Source: a virus
Length of the DNA stretch: 64,000 bases
IMG/VR virus record: IMGVR_UViG_3300025645_000042
Coordinates: 32,001-96,000 of that record
Reading direction: 5' to 3' (one strand)
The notes beneath the pieces are model-generated. The model was not told the DNA's origin, ran no database searches, and saw only the letters and a list, made by a program, of their open reading frames with translations. Shown piece by piece: positions 1 through 8,627 of this stretch; the first letter of the stretch is position 1; each line of letters begins with the position of its first letter. Both the position numbers and the translations under genes were made by a program.

Positions 1-538
1 TCTTTTTTTCTTTTTCTTCTTTTTTTTCCATGTTGGTTTACCAAGTGTTTTACTTCTAAGTCCTTCATCGATTAATTTTTTATCCACGCCAAATTTTTCA
101 GTTAGGATTTCGATATTTATTTTCCATTTAATTTTAGAGCGTTCTTTATGTTCTTGGAAGCAATATCCTACATAAGCTATTACTTCAGCTTTCTTCCATT
201 TATTAACTTTTCCTATATGTGTAAACACTTTTGATTTTAGACCTACTGCCATACTTCTACCTATATGTTTTACTTGATGACATCTAGGGGCACAAACTCA
301 CTAATTCCTTAAGAAGTTGCACACCGTCCTTTTGATAAACCCATATCTCATGACACTCTAATTTATGTCTATAACCTTGATTGGTTCCCACATCACCACA
401 TATTTGACATTTAAAATTTGCCTTTATATATGACTCTTTCCTCAATCTATCCCAGTCTTTTGTTGGTAAAATACTTCTAACGTTTGTATAAAATGATGTT
501 GATGGTATCAATTCTATTGTTAATTTTGGTTTCTTCAT
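1..538 (-). pseudogene. HNH endonuclease, interrupted by a +1 frameshift at CCC-TAG (290-284); runs off the window edge
   Basis: CQIC...LECHE...LVSLCP stops at TAG; removing one C gives LCPRCHQVKHIG and a frame open to position 1, completing the HNH Zn motif. Confidence 0.75.
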
Positions 539-539
539 A

Positions 540-896
540 TTAATAATCTATTTTTTGCATTATCATTAGTGTAGTATCTTCAGTTAGAATAACTTTATGG
601 TCAACTGAATACATGGGTACATCTTCAAGGGTTCTAGCTCTTACAAGTATTTCTTTATTTTTTAGAAAAGTTGGTAATTCAATTATTCTATTATCTGGGA
701 CCATATCATTAAAATATATATGGTTCATATCCACTTCTTCTTCAATAAAATTGGATACTTCATATAGTTTATTAGTTTTATTACCGAAGTCATCAGTTTC
801 AAAACGCCATGATTGTTCAGAAGTTATTTTATTTAAAGCGATTAATATTCTAGTATTATCTACTACGTTTGGTAATTTTAGTTTAAGTTTTTTCAT
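540..896 (-). CDS. hypothetical protein
   Basis: 118 aa ORF tightly packed in a minus-strand operon. Confidence 0.7.
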   Translation of the reverse strand: MKKLKLKLPNVVDNTRILIALNKITSEQSWRFETDDFGNKTNKLYEVSNFIEEEVDMNHIYFNDMVPDNRIIELPTFLKNKEILVRARTLEDVPMYSVDHKVILTEDTTLMIMQKIDY

Positions 897-899
897 ATA

Positions 900-1442
900 T
901 TATTTATTTAACAATTTCATTAATCTTTGATAATCTATTTTTCCTTTTTCGCCTTTTTTAACTATTGTTTTTCTTTGAAGGGTTTTGGAATCATATACTT
1001 TAAAGTTATTTAAGAAGTTATGTCTTGGGATAAGCCACCCTGAAGTTCCAGAATTAGCATCACCTGAGTTTTTAGTTTTATATAATGTTTCTGAATTTTC
1101 TTCTATTAACTTTAATAGGTCTTTGGTTTTAATGTACCAGATTTCGTTAAGGTATTTAAAGTATGTAACGAACCATTCGGCTTCGGTCACTATAATGCCA
1201 GATTTTTTACCTCTACATTCTACTTCTACGAATAAATTTCCTCTATCGGAATGTGGTTCACAGTAGACATCTGTCTTAATTTCGTATTTTATTTTTTCAC
1301 CATTTCTTTCGATAAGAGCGTCATATCGATTATCTTTATTCTGGTGTAACAGGGTTCCCCCAAGTTTTTTAAGGTGTTCTATCACTGTTATTTCACCGTC
1401 TTCACCTTCGATAAGGTCTTCTTTAAATTTATAATATGCCAT
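900..1442 (-). CDS. PD-(D/E)XK nuclease-like protein
   Basis: YDALI...YEIKTD motif; upstream TTGACT-17-TATATT promoter. Confidence 0.6.
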   Translation of the reverse strand: MAYYKFKEDLIEGEDGEITVIEHLKKLGGTLLHQNKDNRYDALIERNGEKIKYEIKTDVYCEPHSDRGNLFVEVECRGKKSGIIVTEAEWFVTYFKYLNEIWYIKTKDLLKLIEENSETLYKTKNSGDANSGTSGWLIPRHNFLNNFKVYDSKTLQRKTIVKKGEKGKIDYQRLMKLLNK

Positions 1443-1516
1443 ATAGATAATTAATATAGAATATACACAATTTTAGAGAAAAGTCAAGCTATTTATAGTG
1501 TAAACATCGAACAAAC

Positions 1517-1792
1517 ATGAAGAGTAAGGAAGATATAATAGCCTTTATATATAAGGCATTAATATTAGGAATAATAACCAGTCAAATTTACATGATTATA
1601 TGTGAGGAAATAAATTTCTTCACATTAGTGTCTGCATTTGTGATGATTATATATTTGGTATTTAGATTTTACTTATTATTCAAGTTATCGAGGGATGCTA
1701 CAAAGATGGGCATACCTTTTTCAGAGTTTTTAAAAACTAGGTGTCTTGGTTGTCGTGAAAAAAGTGAAAATTGTACTTGTAATAAATTATAA
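1517..1792 (+). CDS. small membrane protein, two TM helices, Cys-rich C-terminus
   Basis: two hydrophobic segments then CLGC..CTC. Confidence 0.55.
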   Translation: MKSKEDIIAFIYKALILGIITSQIYMIICEEINFFTLVSAFVMIIYLVFRFYLLFKLSRDATKMGIPFSEFLKTRCLGCREKSENCTCNKL

Positions 1793-2050
1793 CCTAATAT
1801 TGGTTAAATAATTTATAACCAATTCTTTTGCATATTTTTCATCACAAGCAAAAATGTTAATAATAATTTGGATAATATCCGAAGCTATCATAGCTTTATT
1901 GAGGGTTTGTTTAATAGGGTAGTGTTTTCTATCTTTTCTAAGATAACCTTCAGGAATGATGATAGCATTAGCCCACTTATTACGGTGGTCTCTGGTTCTC
2001 TTGATAGGGAATTCAGATTTAATAAAGTCGATTATAATATTTTTGTGCAT
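1787..2050 (-). CDS. hypothetical protein
   Basis: 87 aa ORF with normal composition, convergent with the previous gene. Confidence 0.55.
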   Translation of the reverse strand: MHKNIIIDFIKSEFPIKRTRDHRNKWANAIIIPEGYLRKDRKHYPIKQTLNKAMIASDIIQIIINIFACDEKYAKELVINYLTNIRL

Positions 2051-2091
2051 AACTTTACTAATAAATAGTTGGATTATCTACATAAATTTGT

Positions 2092-2099
2092 TATCTTTG
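2092..2099 (+). promoter_or_regulatory. Bacteroidota-type -7 promoter element TATCTTTG
   Basis: matches TAnnTTTG upstream of thioredoxin. Confidence 0.5.
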
Positions 2100-2148
2100 A
2101 TAATAATAAGCCTTTGCCAAAAAGGCAATTAAAAAAAATTTAAAAAAT

Positions 2149-2463
2149 ATGGCATTAGAAATTACAAGTAAGAATTTTGATTCTCTATTATCGGAAAAAG
2201 AAGTGGTAGTAGTAGATTTTTGGGCACCATGGTGTGGACCCTGTAAAATGATGGGACCAGTCGTAGATGATTTGGCCAAAGAAAACGATAGTGACAGTAC
2301 TATTATTGGAAAAATAAATGTTGATGACAATTCAGATTTAGCGGCTAAATTTGGGATTAGAGGAATACCGACATTAGTATTTTTCAAAGATGGTGAGGCT
2401 GTTGAGCGTGTATCGGGAGTTAAATCAAAAGTGGAGATAGAAGAAATCTTAAAAAATCTTTAA
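2149..2463 (+). CDS. trxA: thioredoxin
   Basis: VVDFWAPWCGPC active site, GIPT cis-Pro motif, 104 aa. Confidence 0.97.
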   Translation: MALEITSKNFDSLLSEKEVVVVDFWAPWCGPCKMMGPVVDDLAKENDSDSTIIGKINVDDNSDLAAKFGIRGIPTLVFFKDGEAVERVSGVKSKVEIEEILKNL

Positions 2464-2469
2464 CGATAT

Positions 2470-2494
2470 AAACCCTCCTAAAAGAGGGTTTTTT
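2470..2494 (+). terminator. intrinsic terminator
   Basis: AAACCCTC-loop-GAGGGTTT followed by a T run. Confidence 0.8.
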
Positions 2495-2518
2495 CATTTA
2501 TAATGTATATTTATTAGT

Positions 2519-2854
2519 ATGAGTAAAAAATTAATCATAAATAAAAGGCAATTAGGTATCATCAGTAACTATGTTAGTGAGAATATGGCTAATGTCAGAT
2601 TGAAAAATAAGATTCACGAATTCTTGGATGTTGACTATGAGCCATCAATGGGAGTTAAGAAGATGGCTAATGAATTTTATAATCAACCATTAATCAATAA
2701 AAAGATTGATGGGTCATCGATTACGCCACAGGCATTAGCTGATTATATTACTCATAAATTTGCTGGAATTAGCAAGTCGGAAATAAATGATTGTATTGAA
2801 GGTTGGTATTATGGTGATTATGATAAAGAGACGGGTATGAGACGGAAAAAATAA
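2519..2854 (+). CDS. hypothetical protein, probably late
   Basis: ORF directly preceded by ATATTTAT (2507-2514). Confidence 0.7.
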   Translation: MSKKLIINKRQLGIISNYVSENMANVRLKNKIHEFLDVDYEPSMGVKKMANEFYNQPLINKKIDGSSITPQALADYITHKFAGISKSEINDCIEGWYYGDYDKETGMRRKK

Positions 2855-2987
2855 GTTAATCAATTAACTATAATCTAGCCTATCATTTATTTATAAACGA
2901 TAGGTTTTTTTTATAAATAAAAGTAAATTTTATTGATGTTTAGGATATTGATTTGATATTTATCTATAACTTAAAAAAGGTAATAGT

Positions 2988-3317
2988 ATGAAATTTAAAA
3001 ATCAAAACCTTACTACCTTGGGAGACAAGTTCTCAGGTAGAATTCACGAAGCTTTTAGAAGCAGTTCCATTAATAAATTATTCACTGATATTGAAATTGA
3101 CCGTATCATAACTTACAATGAAGTCCTTGGGGAGTTTATTGATTTAGGTTATCAACATTTATATGATGAGTTTGAGATTAGAATTTGCGTTGGTGAATGC
3201 CCTAATTTAATATTAGAAGAATTAATCACAAGGGAAGAATCTAAACCCACATTAGGTTATTTATTAGGGCAGATTAGTTATTTTATTGATAAAGACATTA
3301 TGAAATTATTTGACTAA
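2988..3317 (+). CDS. hypothetical protein
   Basis: 109 aa ORF; ATATTTAT at 2956-2963. Confidence 0.65.
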   Translation: MKFKNQNLTTLGDKFSGRIHEAFRSSSINKLFTDIEIDRIITYNEVLGEFIDLGYQHLYDEFEIRICVGECPNLILEELITREESKPTLGYLLGQISYFIDKDIMKLFD

Positions 3318-3320
3318 ACG

Positions 3321-3352
3321 TTTGTTTATTCCGATTTTTTTGTATATATTTG
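3321..3352 (+). promoter_or_regulatory. Bacteroidota-type promoter TTTG-N20-TATATTTG
   Basis: -33 TTTG at 3321-3324 and -7 TATATTTG at 3345-3352. Confidence 0.65.
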
Positions 3353-3373
3353 TAAATTAAAGAGTAAATTGTT

Positions 3374-4819
3374 TTGAGTAAACAAAAAAATCCTATTAAA
3401 CGTATCGAATTTTTGGCTAAGAAATTTGATGTCTTCGATGATGAAGACCTTGATAAATTGGTTAAGAAAGACTTTTACTTGTCAAATAATGAACAGTATG
3501 AACATTTATATAATATAAAGGACACTGGTGAAAACCAGTTATATGCTTTATATACATTTAACCAACGTTTATTAAAAAATACTGGTGCTAAGGTTCCAAA
3601 GAAAATTAGGATTGCTGATTTTGTTTTTATTGATGTTGTTCAAAACGACCCGACTGAACATAAAGAATATGTTCAATGGATGTTGACGACATTTACTAGA
3701 TTGATAAAAGAGAATGAATTAATGCAAGCGTTAATGTTTGTTAGCGAGGATTTATGGTTAGCTTCTGATTATCTTGAGGTATTTCATAAGAATAGACATA
3801 AACCAAAGTTTAAAGCAATGTGCAGACGTAATTTAGCGTTTGCTAATATTACTGACCCATCAGATATTAATCAGTATAGGGATTTATCCCAATTATTTGA
3901 TGCAGTTGACCCTTTTATTGAAAAGGACGTTAGTAAATTGGAAAGGGATATTAGGATTATGGCCAAGTTAAAGCATGGTGCCATTCCTTACGAAGATAGA
4001 TATGTAATAATTTTCAATCCAATTACGATTAAAGCTAGTAGGTTATTTGCAAAATTAACCAATTGGTGTACCACATCTAATAAAGATACTCATAAGAGTT
4101 ATATTAAGAATTATAAAACACCAACGGGAAAAAAGAGTACATTACATGTACTTATTTTTAAAACATATTTGTTAGAAGATGGTAATCCTAATAAAACTGA
4201 TGATATTTATCAATTTCATTTTGAAAGTGGTCAATTTATGAACAGAAAAGATGGAAGAATTAAAGATATTCCATCGTTGATTAGTGGTAATATTGGGTTA
4301 AAAAAATACTTTTACAATTCATTGGTTAAATTGACCATGGAGTGTAAATTTAATAAATTAAATAACAAGTATATAAATGCGTTATTCGAATTTGGATTTG
4401 TTGATGTAATATTTGAGATATATCCAGATGACACTAAACAATTAAGGTTTCATGGATTTAATATATCTGAAACCCCAGATATTAGTAAATTTAGTAACTT
4501 AAAATTATTATATTTAGTTAATTGTAAGTTAGAAAGAATAGACCCAAGTGTGGGAGCATTAAAAGAGTTAACTATGTTAACGTTAACTAATAATAAATTA
4601 AAAACTATACCCAAGACTATTGGTAATTTAAAAAAGTTAAGGGTATTATCTTTAACTGGTAACTCGATAAAGGGTTTACCTGAAGAATTAGGTCAATTAG
4701 ATAAAGCTAACGGTGGTTCACTGGAAATTTTATCAGTTGATAATGAATTGTTTGAAGAGGCTAGTGAATTATTTCCTAGTATAATTGTAAATCAATTCGA
4801 TAAAATAATGAGTAAATAA
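3374..4819 (+). CDS. leucine-rich-repeat protein with an uncharacterised N-terminal phage domain
   Basis: C-terminal LxxLxLxxNxLxxIP repeats (LTMLTLTNNKLKTIP, LRVLSLTGNSIKGLP); N-terminal NWCTT...YQFHFESGQFMN; TTG start. Confidence 0.8.
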   Translation: MSKQKNPIKRIEFLAKKFDVFDDEDLDKLVKKDFYLSNNEQYEHLYNIKDTGENQLYALYTFNQRLLKNTGAKVPKKIRIADFVFIDVVQNDPTEHKEYVQWMLTTFTRLIKENELMQALMFVSEDLWLASDYLEVFHKNRHKPKFKAMCRRNLAFANITDPSDINQYRDLSQLFDAVDPFIEKDVSKLERDIRIMAKLKHGAIPYEDRYVIIFNPITIKASRLFAKLTNWCTTSNKDTHKSYIKNYKTPTGKKSTLHVLIFKTYLLEDGNPNKTDDIYQFHFESGQFMNRKDGRIKDIPSLISGNIGLKKYFYNSLVKLTMECKFNKLNNKYINALFEFGFVDVIFEIYPDDTKQLRFHGFNISETPDISKFSNLKLLYLVNCKLERIDPSVGALKELTMLTLTNNKLKTIPKTIGNLKKLRVLSLTGNSIKGLPEELGQLDKANGGSLEILSVDNELFEEASELFPSIIVNQFDKIMSK

Positions 4820-4876
4820 CTACATACCCTCTTTTGTTTTTATTTATTCATTTAGTTAATTATAAATAAAAAAGAA

Positions 4877-5410
4877 ATGGAATTAAAAGACATGATTTGG
4901 AAGAGGGTACACCACGGTGATATCAAGGAACCATTAGTTGATTATTTAGAAAAAATAATCGATGAGCAACACGAAATAGGTAATAAACTTAAAATCTGTG
5001 TTGGTACGGATTCACAAAAAAATGGTAAAGGGTTTAAATACGCAACTGCTATTATAATTGAAATGAAATCCCCCGTTAATATGGGTGGTGGTAATATTGT
5101 TTATAAAGGTATTGGGGCTAAAGTAATTTCTGGTGTTTTCACTGAAAAACGAAAACCTACTATAAGAGAAAGGATGTTAAAAGAAGTTCAAATGTCTATT
5201 AATGTTTGTTTTCATATACTTGATTTAGTTGAATTATATGATATTGACATGGAAATCCATGCTGATGTTAATCCTAACCCAATGTGGGCATCTAATGTTG
5301 CTCTTACAGAGGTTGTAGGTTTCTGTAAAGGTATGAACTTTACATATAAAATTAAGCCCGACGCATATGCCGCAAGTTCGGGAGCCGACAGGCTCTGTAA
5401 TGGAGGATAA
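4877..5410 (+). CDS. RNase H-like YkuK (DUF458) family protein
   Basis: VGTDSQ, EIHADVN, KPDAYAASSGAD motifs. Confidence 0.8.
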   Translation: MELKDMIWKRVHHGDIKEPLVDYLEKIIDEQHEIGNKLKICVGTDSQKNGKGFKYATAIIIEMKSPVNMGGGNIVYKGIGAKVISGVFTEKRKPTIRERMLKEVQMSINVCFHILDLVELYDIDMEIHADVNPNPMWASNVALTEVVGFCKGMNFTYKIKPDAYAASSGADRLCNGG

Positions 5411-5414
5411 TCAT

Positions 5415-5440
5415 AAAAAGCACCCAATGGGTGCTTTTTT
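5415..5440 (+). terminator. intrinsic terminator
   Basis: AAAAAGCACCC-AAT-GGGTGCTTTTT. Confidence 0.85.
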
Positions 5441-5475
5441 ATTCCCAATTTTAAGGTAAATCAAATTAATTTTTG

Positions 5476-5483
5476 TATATTTG
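5476..5483 (+). promoter_or_regulatory. Bacteroidota-type -7 element TATATTTG upstream of the Gly-rich array
   Basis: TAnnTTTG 18 nt before the first ATG of the array. Confidence 0.6.
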
Positions 5484-5501
5484 TAATAATATAAGAAACA
5501 T

Positions 5502-5708
5502 ATGAATATAAAGATTTCAAAGGGTACTGCTTGTGGTTCTGGTTATGGTTCTGGTAGAGGTAATGGTTCTGGTTATGGTAATGGTTCTGGTACTGCTTCT
5601 GGTTCTGGTTATGGTTGTGGTAATGGTAATGGTAATGGTTGGGGTGATGGTTATGGTAATGGTAGAGGTTCTGGTAATGGTAGAGGTTATGGTTATGGTA
5701 TAGGTTAA
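5502..5708 (+). CDS. Gly-X repeat peptide, array unit 1 (68 aa)
   Basis: MNIKISKG leader then Gly at roughly every second residue. Confidence 0.75.
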   Translation: MNIKISKGTACGSGYGSGRGNGSGYGNGSGTASGSGYGCGNGNGNGWGDGYGNGRGSGNGRGYGYGIG

Positions 5709-5720
5709 AAAATAAAACAT

Positions 5721-5840
5721 ATGAATATAAAGATTTCAAGAGGTTATGGTAGAGGTTCTGGTTATGGTTCTGGTTCTGGTACTGGTACTGGTTGGGGTGA
5801 TGGTTCTTGTGGTTATGGTTATGGTGATGGTAATGGTTAA
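5721..5840 (+). CDS. Gly-X repeat peptide, array unit 2 (39 aa, absent from the ORF track)
   Basis: read by hand: MNIKISRGYGRGSGYGSGSGTGTGWGDGSCGYGYGDGNG-stop. Confidence 0.75.
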   Translation: MNIKISRGYGRGSGYGSGSGTGTGWGDGSCGYGYGDGNG

Positions 5841-5852
5841 AAAATAAAACAT

Positions 5853-6107
5853 ATGAATATAAAGATTTCAAGAGGTGAGGGTAATGGTGATGGTGGTAAT
5901 GGTTGGGGTGATGGTGATGGTGATGGTTCTGGTAATGGTTATGGTGGTTATGGTTATGGTTATGGTAATGGTAATGGTTCTGGTTCTGGTGATGGTTCTG
6001 GTTCTGGTTGGGGTGATGGTAATGGTAATGGTAATGGTTATGGTAGAGGTTCTGGTGATGGTAATGGTTCTGGTGATGGTTCTGGTAATGGTTCTGGTAT
6101 AGGTTAA
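5853..6107 (+). CDS. Gly-X repeat peptide, array unit 3 (84 aa)
   Basis: MNIKISRG leader, Gly-X body. Confidence 0.75.
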   Translation: MNIKISRGEGNGDGGNGWGDGDGDGSGNGYGGYGYGYGNGNGSGSGDGSGSGWGDGNGNGNGYGRGSGDGNGSGDGSGNGSGIG

Positions 6108-6119
6108 AAAATAAAACAT

Positions 6120-6374
6120 ATGAATATAAAGATTTCAAGAGGTAATGGTAATGGTTCTGGTTATGGTTATGGTGCTGGTTCTGGTGATGGTTCTGGTTCT
6201 GGTTGGGGTGATGGTAATGGTTTTGGTTCTTGTGGTTATGGTTATGGTAGAGGTTCTGGTTATGGTGATGGTTCTGGTAATGGTAATGGTTCTGGTTCTG
6301 GTACTGGTTGGGGTAGAGGTGTTGGTGGTTATGGTAATGGTGATGGTAGAGGTTATGGTGATGGTAATGGTTAA
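6120..6374 (+). CDS. Gly-X repeat peptide, array unit 4 (84 aa)
   Basis: MNIKISRG leader, Gly-X body. Confidence 0.75.
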   Translation: MNIKISRGNGNGSGYGYGAGSGDGSGSGWGDGNGFGSCGYGYGRGSGYGDGSGNGNGSGSGTGWGRGVGGYGNGDGRGYGDGNG

Positions 6375-6386
6375 AAAATAAAACAT

Positions 6387-6677
6387 ATGAATATAAAGAT
6401 TTCAAGAGGTAATGGTTCTGGTTATGGTTATGGTTATGGTAATGGTGTTAGTTCTGGTTCTGGTGATGGTTCTGGTTCTGGTTCTGGTGGTTATGGTTAT
6501 GGTAGAGGTTATGGTAGAGGTTCTGGTTATGGTTATGGTAATGGTTCTGGTTATGGTAATGGTGATGGTAATGGTGGTAATGGTTGGGGTGATGGTTATG
6601 GTTATGGTTATGGTTATGGTAATGGTGATGGTTCTGGTAATGGTGATGGTGGTGGTAATGGTTATGGTAATGGTTAA
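6387..6677 (+). CDS. Gly-X repeat peptide, array unit 5 (96 aa)
   Basis: MNIKISRG leader, Gly-X body. Confidence 0.75.
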   Translation: MNIKISRGNGSGYGYGYGNGVSSGSGDGSGSGSGGYGYGRGYGRGSGYGYGNGSGYGNGDGNGGNGWGDGYGYGYGYGNGDGSGNGDGGGNGYGNG

Positions 6678-6740
6678 AAAAATGAAATAAATGTTGTATT
6701 TTATATTATTTATAGATATTTATATTAAAATACTAATGTC

Positions 6741-6953
6741 ATGACAGATAAAAACACAAAAGTAATTAAAATTAACGAGTCAAAACTTGTTGATATGATT
6801 AACGATATTGTTGAAGCAACTATAGTCGAAAGAAATTTAGTTCCAGCTGAAACCAAAAAAGTTTCTAAACCTATTAAGAAAAGAGTAACTGAATCTCAGT
6901 TAAGAGCTTTACAAGCTAAGGGAGCTAAAATCAACAGTATTAAAAAAATATAA
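6741..6953 (+). CDS. small basic protein, probably late/virion
   Basis: ATATTTAT at 6716-6723; KINESKL and RVTESQL motifs. Confidence 0.65.
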   Translation: MTDKNTKVIKINESKLVDMINDIVEATIVERNLVPAETKKVSKPIKKRVTESQLRALQAKGAKINSIKKI

Positions 6954-6973
6954 TCTAATAGATTATAATAATT

Positions 6974-7001
6974 AAAACCGTCTCTTCAGATGGTTTTTTT
7001 T
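6974..7001 (+). terminator. intrinsic terminator
   Basis: AAAACCGTCT-CTTC-AGATGGTTTT plus T run. Confidence 0.8.
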
Positions 7002-7018
7002 ATTTACTTATTTTAAAA

Positions 7019-7813
7019 TTGTTTTATCTTTTTTTCATGAAAGATAAAATTATTCTACCTGTAGGGAAGGCACATCAAAGAGTTATTAGGGAACAAAAAG
7101 AACTAGAAGAAAAACAATCTGGGGAAATACCAATTTGGGAATCCATCAACAGGGATATTTCAAATGCAGTGGTGAAACCAATAGAGCGTTCCTTAGCGAA
7201 GAAAATTGTTGAGGAATATGAATGGTTAGGTTGTATGCCAGCGTTCAGCAAATACCAGTTTGGCATCTTCTATGACGATGTTTGCGCTGGTGTTACAGTA
7301 TTTGGTACTGATTACATTGAAAATTTAGGTCATTGGGATAAATATTATTATACTGGACGTATGCTTTTATTGAGTAGAGGTGTTTGTGTTCATTGGGCAC
7401 ATCCACATTCTGGCAGTAAGTTAATTATGGAAAGTATAAAGCAACTTCCAAAGGAATATGATGTGATAACCGCTACAATTGACCAAGCAGCTGGTGAAAT
7501 TGGTACCATATATCAGGCTTGTAATTTCACATACATTGGTAGTATGCGTGAGAATAATCCAAAGATAAAGAATAAGAATCCAAGAGATAGGTTTGGTGTT
7601 AGAATTAATGGTAAGATTTATGGCCCTAGAGCTATGAGAACTAAAATTGGTAGTCAGAGAAAGGAAGAGATTTTAAAACACTTCCCAGATGCCGAATTCA
7701 TACCACAATTTAATAAACATAGATACTTTTATTTTTTAGGTAGTAAGAATAATAAGAGATTCTTGAAGAAACAGATTGAGCATATGATTAAACCTTATCC
7801 AAAGAGAAGTTAA
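7019..7813 (+). CDS. Mom-like adenine modification enzyme (GNAT fold); likely start ATG 7037
   Basis: IVEEYEWLG...FGIF...GVTVFG and DQAAGEIGTIYQACNFTYIG resemble the Mu Mom family. Confidence 0.7.
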   Translation: MFYLFFMKDKIILPVGKAHQRVIREQKELEEKQSGEIPIWESINRDISNAVVKPIERSLAKKIVEEYEWLGCMPAFSKYQFGIFYDDVCAGVTVFGTDYIENLGHWDKYYYTGRMLLLSRGVCVHWAHPHSGSKLIMESIKQLPKEYDVITATIDQAAGEIGTIYQACNFTYIGSMRENNPKIKNKNPRDRFGVRINGKIYGPRAMRTKIGSQRKEEILKHFPDAEFIPQFNKHRYFYFLGSKNNKRFLKKQIEHMIKPYPKRS

Positions 7814-8082
7814 TTTCCTCCTTCAAATCTAAATATTGTTGCACACCTATTACATCTATGAAACTCGGTCCATGTGTAAGTATCACCCCAATCCGATTGA
7901 AATAATTTCCAATTATAATATCTTGGCCACTTAGAATTATTTACTATGTAAACATCAGAATCATTGAAGGGTTCTCTACATTTAGGACAATCTCCATATA
8001 GTCCTTTAGATTCAATCGATTCTTCTAATAAATCATCAGGTGCTGGCTCTTTATTTGGTGCGTATGCTTCAAAACCATTCAT
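7810..8082 (-). CDS. putative Zn-binding protein
   Basis: CPKC and CNRC pairs. Confidence 0.6.
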   Translation of the reverse strand: MNGFEAYAPNKEPAPDDLLEESIESKGLYGDCPKCREPFNDSDVYIVNNSKWPRYYNWKLFQSDWGDTYTWTEFHRCNRCATIFRFEGGN

Positions 8083-8213
8083 TATTTATATTTTTCAAGA
8101 ATAGCTAAAACTAATTTAAGAGGCACAGTTTTTCTCCATGGATTAGTTTCAGGGTAATCTTCATTTACCATATATATTTGTTCTAAAAATTCTATATCTT
8201 TTTTAATGTCCAT
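8082..8213 (-). CDS. small hypothetical protein (43 aa, not in ORF track)
   Basis: read by hand MDIKKDIEF...ILEKYK; fills the gap with overlapping start/stop codons on both sides. Confidence 0.6.
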   Translation of the reverse strand: MDIKKDIEFLEQIYMVNEDYPETNPWRKTVPLKLVLAILEKYK

Positions 8214-8626
8214 TATATAAATTTTTTAAGTATGTTAAACCATTTATCCATAATTTCTTGGTAGGTATCACTATCCAAATTGTTCCAAACATCATCAAAA
8301 CCACTTCTATCAGTTAAATCGCTAACAATTTCATCGAAGGCATGATAAATATCTTTGTTTGATTTTCTATCAGATGGTGGAACATCTAGATATCTACATT
8401 GATTTATCTCATCCAAAAAATCATTGAAACGTCTTTTAACACACTCTATAACAGTTTCATCTTCATTTTCACGTAAATCTTCACCATCCCATAAAACATG
8501 TTCACCAAATAGAATAGCTTCATAATACCCATTGGTTTCATATTTAAATCCATATAGGTCATCACATTTATCGTTGAAATCGTAATTGATTAATTCTAGT
8601 TCTTTAAGAATTTCTTGCGTTAACAT
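8213..8626 (-). CDS. hypothetical protein
   Basis: 137 aa acidic ORF in operon. Confidence 0.7.
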   Translation of the reverse strand: MLTQEILKELELINYDFNDKCDDLYGFKYETNGYYEAILFGEHVLWDGEDLRENEDETVIECVKRRFNDFLDEINQCRYLDVPPSDRKSNKDIYHAFDEIVSDLTDRSGFDDVWNNLDSDTYQEIMDKWFNILKKFI

Positions 8627-8627
8627 A

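Larger units (their letters stand above)
5703..6410 (+). repeat. four identical 42-bp direct repeats (GGTTAAAAAATAAAACATATGAATATAAAGATTTCAAGAGGT) joining the array units
   Basis: copies at 5703, 5835, 6102 and 6369; partial copy at the first unit start. Confidence 0.95.

Noticed and set aside
5703-6410. CRISPR array reading of the 42-bp repeats
   Set aside because: Spacers are 90-225 nt of low-complexity coding sequence, the repeat contains a stop, a leader and an ATG, it is not palindromic, and no cas genes are present
5461-6690. 314-aa His/Asn/Gln-rich antisense ORF and the Met/Val- or Thr/Ile-rich alternative-frame ORFs
   Set aside because: Expected shadows of GGTnnT hexamers, which lack stops in those frames; promoter, leaders and stops all fit the plus-strand Gly frame
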